From NCBI GenBank assembly GCA_022844165.1, contig JALHMH010000006.1, forward strand, positions 1 through 64,000: a stretch of 64,000 nt of DNA. The letters are read 5' to 3'. Under the pieces are notes generated by a model. The model saw only the letters and a program-made list of their open reading frames with translations, did not search any database and had not been told where the DNA came from. How positions within the stretch are numbered: the first letter of the stretch is position 1; the number at the start of each line of letters is the position of its first letter. This stretch comes from Lysobacterales bacterium. GTDB lineage: Bacteria > Pseudomonadota > Gammaproteobacteria > Xanthomonadales > SZUA-5. The translations under genes and the position numbers were made by a program. Shown here in pieces: positions 40,252 to 48,212 of the stretch.

Positions 40252-43125
40252 AGAAGCGCGGGCGTGGGTCACAATGGCGTGGCCCTCCAAGCGCAATGCA
40301 TGCCGCGCAGCATTCGCGATCGAATCGGCATCGACTTCGAAAAAGCGCCGCAGCGCCGCGCGCGTGTCGCTGCGGCCGAAGCCGTCGGTGCCGAGCGTGA
40401 CGTAGCGGCGTGGCACGAAGGCGCGGATCAGCTCGGGCAGTGCGCGGATGTAATCGCTCGCCGCGATCACGGGTCCTGGCAGGTGCTGCAGTTGCTGCGT
40501 GACCCACGGTGTGCGCGGCTCGTCGTCGGGCGCGAGGCGCGCGAGGCGTTCGCATTCGATGCCATCGCGGTGCAGCTCGGTCCAACTGGTCACGCTGAAG
40601 ACGTAGACGTCGATGCCTTCGGCGCGCAGCGTATCGGCCGCGCGCAGGGCTTGCCCAAGAATCGGGCCGGAGGCGAGCAGGCTCACGGTGGGTGGCGGTG
40701 GCGGATCGTTCGCCGGTTTGGGGCCACGGCGTTTGAGTTTGGCGAGTGCACGCGTTTCGATTTCGCGGATGCGTTCGCGCGTGACGTCAAACTGCGCAGC
40801 GACCTCTTCCAACGTCGTGTCCCCCACGTTGCCGATGTCTATTCCAAGTTTCTCCTTGAGGACGCGTCGTTCGCGCTCGGATAAGTTGAAGCTCGGCGAC
40901 AGCCGGTACATACCGCGCAGAACACCATCTCGGACGGACGCGTCTGTTGTTGGCGAGAGCGCGGCAAGCCAAGCCGCGGGCAGCGACGGCTGCGCCGCAT
41001 TCTCGTTGCACACCGTCAAGTAATAGAACACATCGTTTTGCTCAACCAACATCTCCTCAATTCCGCGCTCCACGATCAGCGCCACCTCATACGCAAAAGC
41101 CGGATCGTAGGCGCGGCAATTGGGCACGCCAGCAAATCCCAGATGGCTCGATCCATCCTGATGCTGCAGTCCCTCGCCGCCCAACGTGGTACGTCCGCTG
41201 GTCGCGCCGAGCAAGAATCCCCGCGCGCGCTGATCGGCGGCGGCCCAGATCAAATCGCCGACGCGTTGCCAGCCGAACATCGAGTAGTAGATGTAGAACG
41301 GCAGCATCGGCAAATCGTGCGTCGAATAACTGGTCGCCGCTGCGATCCAGGAACTGATCGCGCCGGCCTCGGAGATGCCTTCTTCCAGGATCTGGCCGCT
41401 CTGCGTTTCGCGGTAATAGAGCATCGAGCCCATATCCTCGGGCTCGTACTTCTGGCCGTGCGGCGCGTAGATGCCGACCTGACGAAACAGACTGGCCATG
41501 CCGAAAGTGCGCGCCTCGTCGGCGACAATCGGCACCACGCGCGGGCCGATATGCTCGTCTTTCAGAAGGTTGCCGAGCATGCGTACGACCGCCATCGTCG
41601 TCGACATTTCCTTGCCGTTGGCTTCCAACGCAAATGTCGCAAAGCTCGCCGCGCTGGGCGCCGGCAATCTCTCGCTGCTGCGCTGGCGCCGCCGCGGCAG
41701 ATAGCCGCCGAGCGCCTCGCGGCGCGCGTGCAGATAGCGCAGCTCCGGGCTGTCCGGCGGCGGCGCGTAAAACTTGACCGCATCGACATCGCTATCGGAG
41801 AGCGGCAGCGCGAAACGGTCGCGAAATCCGCGCAGCTCCTCGCTATCGAGCTTTTTCTGCTGATGCGTGGTCATGCGACCTTGCCCGGCTTTGCCCATGC
41901 CGAAACCCTTCATCGTTTTTGCCAGCACCACGGTCGGCTGGCCGCGATGCGCAATTGCTGCCGCATAGGCCGCATGCAGCTTGCGCGCATCGTGCCCGCC
42001 GCGGCGCAGGCGATCGATATCGGCGTCCGACAAACCATCGATCAGTCGCGTCAACTCCGAGCTTTGGCCAAAGAAGCGCTCGCGGTTGTAGGCGCCATCG
42101 TTCGCCGAAAACGTCTGGAACTGGCCATCGACCGTTTGTGCGAACGCGCGCAGCAATTCGCCGCTGCTATCGCGCGCGAACAGCGCGTCCCAATCCGATC
42201 CCCACAACACTTTGATCACATGCCAGCCGGCGCCGGTGAACAGCGCCTCCAACTCGTCGATCACGCGCGAATTGCCGCGCACCGGACCATCGAGCCGCTG
42301 CAGATTGCAGTTGATCACGAAAGTCAGATTGTCGAGGCCTTCGCGCGCAGCGAGCGACAGAGCGCCGATCGACTCGGGTTCGTCCATCTCGCCATCGCCA
42401 AAAAAACCCCAGACGCGACGCCCTCCGCCGGCGTGCAATCCACGGTGCTCCAGATAACGCAGAAATCGCGCCTGATAAATCGCGTTGATCGGGCCCAGGC
42501 CCATGGAGCCGGTCGGGAACTGCCAGAAGTCCGGCATCAGCCATGGGTGCGGATAGGAGCACAGTCCGGGTTGATCAATCTCGCGTCGATAGTGATGCAA
42601 GCGCGATTCCGGCAAGTAGCCTTCCAAATAAGCCCGCGCATACACACCGGGCGCCGAATGCGGCTGCAGGAACACCAGATCGCTGCCGTCGGGATGTTCG
42701 GGGCCTTTGAAGAAGTGATGAAAGCCGACCTCGAACAAATCCGCCGCCGACGCGTAGGAGGCGATATGACCACCCAACTCGCCAGCTTCGGTATTGGCGC
42801 GCACCACCATGGCCAGCGCGTTCCAACGCATCGCCGCATTGAGCCGTGCTTCCAGATCCAGATCTCCCGGATACGGCGGTTCCGCGCTGCGAGGAATGGT
42901 GTTGCAATAAGGCGTGATACGCGCCCGCGCCGAGTTCACACCGCGCGTCAAAGCGTGATCGGCGAGCCGGTCGAACAAGTACTGCGCGCGTGCCTTGCCG
43001 CCGCGCGCGACGACGCTATCGAGCGCCTCTAACCACTCCTGCGTCTCCGCCGGATCGTCGTCCATCGCGCTCGATGCGATCGCCAGTGCGCGTATCGCTG
43101 CGGGTGGGAAATCGGCTGGTTGCAT
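40228..43125 (-). CDS. mdeB: Homodimeric 2-oxoacid dehydrogenase E1 (MdeB/AceE type) with inserted sigma-70 region 4 domain
   Basis: [76 protein letters not shown]; insertion at 40690-40899. Confidence 0.9.
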   Translation of the reverse strand: [965 protein letters not shown]

Positions 43126-43217
43126 GGCGATGCTCTGCGGTGAACTGGCGCGAAGCATAGTGTGGCGGAGACTCGATGCGACTGGCCGCTTGTGCGATGG
43201 GCGTGCGCACGTCAAAC

Positions 43218-43721
43218 TCAGCTTAACCAGCGACGAGCGTCCTTTAACAACAACAGCCACTGCTGTGGCCGCAGTGGCGAAACGACGAACCCAAAGCGCG
43301 AGTAGAACTTTTCCGCACCTTCATCGATAGGGTGCGTCAGAATCGCGCGGATACCTGCCTGTTCGGCAACTTTCATTGTGCGGCGGATTGCATCTTGCAG
43401 CAATCCGATTCCGATTCCACGCCCGTGCCGGTGCTGCGACACCGCCAATCGCGCCAGAATCACGACAGGAATCGGATATTGCCCCAGCCCTTTGCGGATG
43501 CGTTCGGGTACCTCCAGCACATCGACCTGGCCGACAGTCAAGCTGTAGTAGCCGACCACACGAGCATCGTCAGAAACGACGAAGGTCTTGGCCGACCCGC
43601 TGGCTTGCGCTTGTCTGGCGTGGCGCGTCAACCAATCGTTGAGCGAGTGTTTGCCGCAGTCAAATCCTTCGAGAGTGTGGCCCGCATTCAGCGGCTCGGG
43701 TTCGCGCAAAATCACGCCCAA
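43218..43721 (-). CDS. GNAT-family toxin (TacT/AtaT-like)
   Basis: FDCG..SLNDWL, VVGYYSL, PVVILARLAV, GRGIG, FYSRFGF. Confidence 0.9.
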   Translation of the reverse strand: MGVILREPEPLNAGHTLEGFDCGKHSLNDWLTRHARQAQASGSAKTFVVSDDARVVGYYSLTVGQVDVLEVPERIRKGLGQYPIPVVILARLAVSQHRHGRGIGIGLLQDAIRRTMKVAEQAGIRAILTHPIDEGAEKFYSRFGFVVSPLRPQQWLLLLKDARRWLS

Positions 43722-43999
43722 GGCGCCTTGCGCGAAAACAAATCGCGCAAGCCCTCATTAACCTGTTCGGGTTGCTCCAGCAGCGTCAACAGCGCTTGGT
43801 ACTCGCTGCCAGTGACCATAAATATCCGCTGGTCCAGCAAAGTTTGCTCGGCCGCCAAACAAGCACTGTCGAGAATGAAGTCCGTTAGCGACTTGTGCGC
43901 CAACTCAGCTGCACGGCGCAGTACAAGCTCTTGTTGTTGAGTAGCGCGTAGCCCCAAACGAGCAGTTCGAGCCGAAGGTGAAGGAGCGACTACGTTCAT
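43712..43999 (-). CDS. DUF1778 RHH antitoxin (TacA/AtaR-like)
   Basis: RLGLRAT...RRAAE...SLTDFILDSACLAAEQTLLDQR...KAPW; overlaps the toxin start. Confidence 0.9.
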   Translation of the reverse strand: MNVVAPSPSARTARLGLRATQQQELVLRRAAELAHKSLTDFILDSACLAAEQTLLDQRIFMVTGSEYQALLTLLEQPEQVNEGLRDLFSRKAPWA

Positions 44000-44028
44000 G
44001 ACTATTCTGATCGTTAATGCAGTCGCTA

Positions 44029-44049
44029 TGTTAGTACAAATGACAAACA
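44029..44049 (-). promoter_or_regulatory. Putative autoregulatory operator of the DUF1778-GNAT module
   Basis: Imperfect palindrome TGTTTGTCATTTGTACTAACA 30 bp upstream of the antitoxin start. Confidence 0.35.
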
Positions 44050-44126
44050 TCATCCAGCGTGTACTTCAACGACGAACAACTGGGTATCGTCGCAATCACT
44101 AGAGCATCGCTCAAGGAGCAGATCGT

Positions 44127-45515
44127 ATGGCCACCATCCAATTCTTCGGCGCCGCTGGCGAAGTCACCGGCTCCAGCCATTTGCTGCGCGCAGCGGGCAA
44201 GAAGATCCTGCTCGACTGCGGGATGATTCAGGGCGGGCGCGAGGAGGACGAGCGCAACCGCGAGCGCTTCGGCTTCGCGCCGGACGATCTCGATGCGATG
44301 ATTCTCAGCCACGCGCATATCGATCACTGCGGGCGTTTGCCGCTGCTGGTCAAACGCGGTTTCACCGGACGCATCTTTACGCACCGCGCGACTGCAGACT
44401 TGTGCCAGATCATGCTCGAAGATGCGGCACGTCTGGCGGCGGCAGACGTCGAGTACGAAAACGAGCATCGAGCGCGGCGAGGCCTCGCTCCTATCGAACC
44501 GCTCTATGATTTGAGCGATGTGTCGGCGGTGCTTGCACAGTTGACGCCCGTCGATTACCGGCAGCGCTTCGAGGTGTTCCCCGGTATTGAGGCGCGCCTG
44601 TCGGATGCCGGGCACATCCTCGGCGCGGCGATTGTCGAGGTCTTTATTCGAGAGGGCGACTCCGAGCGGACGCTGGTATTCAGCGGCGACATCGGCCCAG
44701 ATCACACGCCGATCATTGCCGATCCGACGCCCATCGAACATGCCGACATGGTGCTCATGGAATCCACCTACGGCGACCGATTGCATCGCAATCGCGGCGA
44801 CACGGTGCGTGAGATCGGTGAGGTACTCGACGCCGCCGAACGCACCGGCGGTAACGTCATCATTCCGGCATTTGCTGTGGGCCGCAGCCAGGAGCTACTT
44901 TACTGGTTCACGAAAATGTATGAGGAGTGGAACCTCAAGCGCTGGCGCATTTATCTCGACAGCCCGATGGCGACAAAGGTCACCGGCGTTTACAAACGCC
45001 ACCGCTATCTGTTCGACGAGCAAGCACGCGAAATGCTCGGCAATCGCGACCCGTTCAATCTGCCGAACTTGCACTTCGTTGAATCTCTGGATGCTTCGCG
45101 CGCGATCAACAAACAAACGCACGGTGCAATCATCATCGCCGGCAGCGGCATGGCCAACGGCGGGCGCGTGCGCCATCACTTGAAACACAATTTATGGCGC
45201 AAAGGTGCGCACGTGATGATCGTCGGTTATCAGGCACACAACACGCTCGGCAGGCAACTTGTCGACGGTCGTAAGACCGTGCGGATATTCAACGAAGTGA
45301 TCAAGGTCAATGCCGAGATCCACACCGTCGGCGGCCTCTCGGCCCACGCCGATCAAGCCGGGCTGATGAAGTGGTACGGGCATTTCAAATCGCGCCCACC
45401 GGTGTATCTGGTGCACGGCGAAGATCCGGCGCGACAAGTACTGGCTGAAAAACTGCGCAGCACTTACGGCTGCGATGCCTGGGGTGCGGCACCGGGTTTA
45501 CAGCGCGAGATTTAG
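44127..45515 (+). CDS. MBL-fold beta-CASP ribonuclease-like hydrolase
   Basis: GAAGEVTGS, LSHAHIDHCG, AGHILG, FSGD, ESTYG, PAFAVGRSQ, SAHAD, VHGE. Confidence 0.93.
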   Translation: MATIQFFGAAGEVTGSSHLLRAAGKKILLDCGMIQGGREEDERNRERFGFAPDDLDAMILSHAHIDHCGRLPLLVKRGFTGRIFTHRATADLCQIMLEDAARLAAADVEYENEHRARRGLAPIEPLYDLSDVSAVLAQLTPVDYRQRFEVFPGIEARLSDAGHILGAAIVEVFIREGDSERTLVFSGDIGPDHTPIIADPTPIEHADMVLMESTYGDRLHRNRGDTVREIGEVLDAAERTGGNVIIPAFAVGRSQELLYWFTKMYEEWNLKRWRIYLDSPMATKVTGVYKRHRYLFDEQAREMLGNRDPFNLPNLHFVESLDASRAINKQTHGAIIIAGSGMANGGRVRHHLKHNLWRKGAHVMIVGYQAHNTLGRQLVDGRKTVRIFNEVIKVNAEIHTVGGLSAHADQAGLMKWYGHFKSRPPVYLVHGEDPARQVLAEKLRSTYGCDAWGAAPGLQREI

Positions 45516-45815
45516 CAGGTTTTGAGAAACAGCCTGCTGGTGCGAACCATGGAGGGTTCGCACATGGATCTTGAGTCCTTGACGGAGCCGGATCTGTACA
45601 TTTGAGTCAAATTTTCTGCGCAACGGCTTTGGCAGTTGAAGCCCCCTTGAGTACAAGGGGGGTGAGGATCGGCGCTTACACGCCGCAAGGCGTGTGCCGA
45701 GACGAACGACCGGCGGCTGTGCCGCCGGGCCGGAAATGCGGAGCGCGGGGCTGTGGCGAGCACGCTGTCGGACGAAGCCAGCAATGCTCGGCGGTCCGAG
45801 GCGAAGCCTCGCTAG
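45513..45815 (-). repeat. Long composite repeat: module A + spacer + module C + 3' half of module B
   Basis: Minus strand runs from CTAGCGAGGCTTCGCCTCG through CCCCCTTGTACTCAAGGGGG to GCGAACC..GGTTCGC...GTTTCTCAAAACCTGCTA; overlaps the MBL stop codon. Confidence 0.85.
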
Positions 45816-45941
45816 CAAGTCAGTGCGTTGCTCAACATAGGGCTGGGGCCGACTGTGGTGATCCGGCCCCAATGTTCGCGCGTTGCGAAGTGCCGGTGCG
45901 GACTTTGTGCATTCGCCACCGCGTTCGAGGCAGGGTCGAGA

Positions 45942-46847
45942 TCACCGGTCGACCTCGGCCTGCGTAAATCGTTCAGCCAAGAAGTCCAGTAGCGCTCGTA
46001 CGGCAGGCAGCAAGTTTCGGGTGCTTGGCAGCACGGCGTGCACGAGGTGCGTTGGCAGTTTCCATTCGGGCAAAACGACAATCAGTTGGCCGTTTGCGAG
46101 CGCATCGCGAACCAGGACGCGCGGCAATTGCGCGACACCGACACCGGCGATCGCTGCGTCGAACAGCGTGCGCATATCATCGGTAATCAGTCGCGGCTGG
46201 TGGCGTATCGCGGCGTTTGCGCCGTTGGTATCGGCGAGCTCGAAACGATAGTCGTGTCGCAAGGGGCCGTTGTCGAGCGTCGGTGCGTGTCCCAGATCGG
46301 CCGGCACCGAAATGGCGTAACGCTCAAGCAAGGCCCCACTGGCGACCAGACACTGCTCGCGCCGGGCCAATACTCTGAGCACCAGATCGCTGTCTTTGAG
46401 CGGTGGCGTGCGCACGCGCAGGGCCACATCGAAGCCTTCGCCGATCACATCCACGGCACGATTGGTCGCCTGCAAGTGCACCGTCACGCGTGGGCACTGC
46501 GCGAGGAACTCGGACAGCATCGGCCCAACATCAGCATGCAGCAGCGCAATCGGGCAGCTCATGCGCACCAGGCCGCGCGGCTCGGCGCGCATCGCATCAA
46601 TGGATTCCTGAGCGGCTTCGGCTTCTACCAGCATCGCTTTGCAATGCGCATAGAAGCGCTGTCCAGCGTCTGTTGTGGAGAATCTACGCGTCGAACGTTG
46701 AACCAGCCGCAGCCCAAGTCGCTCCTCCAAAAATGCCAGGCGGCGGCTGAGCTTGGATTTCGGGATGCCCAACGCGCGGGACGCGGGGGCAAAGCCACCG
46801 TGGTCCACGGCCATTGCAAAGTAGTACAGATCGTTGAGATCGAGCAT
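45942..46847 (-). CDS. LysR family transcriptional regulator
   Basis: DLNDLYYF..GGFAPASRALGIPKSKLSRR..LEERLG; divergent from pirin. Confidence 0.95.
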   Translation of the reverse strand: MLDLNDLYYFAMAVDHGGFAPASRALGIPKSKLSRRLAFLEERLGLRLVQRSTRRFSTTDAGQRFYAHCKAMLVEAEAAQESIDAMRAEPRGLVRMSCPIALLHADVGPMLSEFLAQCPRVTVHLQATNRAVDVIGEGFDVALRVRTPPLKDSDLVLRVLARREQCLVASGALLERYAISVPADLGHAPTLDNGPLRHDYRFELADTNGANAAIRHQPRLITDDMRTLFDAAIAGVGVAQLPRVLVRDALANGQLIVVLPEWKLPTHLVHAVLPSTRNLLPAVRALLDFLAERFTQAEVDR

Positions 46848-46972
46848 GTAGTCGTCCCATAGATGGAACAATGAGTGTACTTTTTGACGACTACTCGCAC
46901 CATTGGCCTGGCGATAGATTTCTCACGACGCGAAACGGCACCAATGGGTGCCCGCGCAACAGGAGTTCGATC

Positions 46973-47830
46973 ATGAAGAAAGTCGTCGCTGTCTACAGCG
47001 CGCCTCGTCCGCATTGGGTGGGCGATGGTTTCCAGGTGCGCTCGTTGATTTCGTACAACGCGCACGGTCAGCACGTCAGCCCGTTTCTGCTGCTCGATCA
47101 CGCCGCGCCCACGCAGTTCGCCCCGGCTGCTCGAAAGCGCGGCGTTGGCGTGCATCCGCACCGGGGTTTCGAGACGGTCACGATCGTCTATCAGGGTGAA
47201 GTCGACCATCGCGACTCCACCGGCGCTGGCGGACACATTGGGCCGGGCGATGTGCAGTGGATGACCGCGGGATCGGGCATCCTGCACGAGGAGTTTCACT
47301 CCGAGACGTTTACCCGACAAGGCGGCACCCTGGAGATGGTGCAGTTGTGGGTGAACCTTCCAGCAAAAGACAAAATGACGCAACCTGGCTATCAGACGCT
47401 GCGTGACGCGGCGATTCCCGACGTCGCGCTGGACGATGTCGGGCGAGTGCGCGTCATCGCCGGCCAATTCCAGAGTCACCAGGGACCGGCGCGTACATTC
47501 ACGCCGATCGACCTTTGGGATGTGCGGCTCAACGCGGGCAAGCGCAGCGAGTTTTGCCTGCCGAAAGGCCGCACGCTGGCGCTCGTTGCATTGTCTGGCA
47601 CGGTGCAAATGAACGATAGCGAGTTGCTGCGCGAAGGCCAGTTCGCGCAGTTCACCAAGAATGGCGAAACTTTCAGCGTTGAGGCAAACAACGACGCCAG
47701 GCTTTTGGTACTGAGTGGCGCGCCTATCGAAGAACCCATCGTCGGCTACGGGCCGTTCGTGATGAACACGCATGCAGAAATCGCACAGGCCATCGACGAT
47801 TTCAACGCAGGCAAATTCGGGCAGATGTAG
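46973..47830 (+). CDS. Pirin family protein
   Basis: VGDGF, PFLLLD, HPHRGFETVT, QWMTAGSGILHEE, GPFVMN. Confidence 0.95.
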   Translation: MKKVVAVYSAPRPHWVGDGFQVRSLISYNAHGQHVSPFLLLDHAAPTQFAPAARKRGVGVHPHRGFETVTIVYQGEVDHRDSTGAGGHIGPGDVQWMTAGSGILHEEFHSETFTRQGGTLEMVQLWVNLPAKDKMTQPGYQTLRDAAIPDVALDDVGRVRVIAGQFQSHQGPARTFTPIDLWDVRLNAGKRSEFCLPKGRTLALVALSGTVQMNDSELLREGQFAQFTKNGETFSVEANNDARLLVLSGAPIEEPIVGYGPFVMNTHAEIAQAIDDFNAGKFGQM

Positions 47831-48041
47831 GCAGCCTACGGCGCCGCACTGGCGGCGCCCGCGGCGGTTGATACTCGCTGGAGCGGATACTCTCGCGAAC
47901 ATGCCTCCGTTGCGCGCTCGCCGTGCCCATCGTTCGTGTCCGCGACCTTGCGGACGCGAGGATTGCGCGACATCGCCGCGCTCGGCTGCGCTGTACCAAC
48001 AACGCTCTCTTTGAGGGGCAGTCGATGCTTTCAGTACCTTG

Positions 48042-48085
48042 CGCACACGTATGCAAACCGCTGTGCCGTCATGAATACGATTACA
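48042..48085. promoter_or_regulatory. Two LacI-type operator-like palindromes upstream of the TBDR
   Basis: CGCACACGTATGCA (48042-48055) and TGAATACGATTACA (48072-48085), central CG, 30 bp apart. Confidence 0.45.
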
Positions 48086-48212
48086 GCTAGACCAACTACT
48101 CTAGCGTCGCAGCTACCATCCCGGCCTCGTTAGCACTTCGTTAACGCGGTTTCATTTTTGGCCTGAATGCTCGGTCGTGAGCGCATCGGCCAGCATCGAG
48201 AAGGGAGGAGTG

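Noticed and set aside
40726-40884. Separate rpoD gene or intein within mdeB
   Set aside because: No sigma regions 1-3, no own start or stop, and no intein splice residues (N-terminal Cys/Ser with C-terminal His-Asn); it is a plain in-frame domain insertion.
45498-45872. ORFs inside repeat copies (45498-45872, 51030-51464, 51094-51360, 58669-59427) as a small protein family
   Set aside because: Shared peptides arise from the DNA repeat; starts, stops and frames are not conserved among copies.
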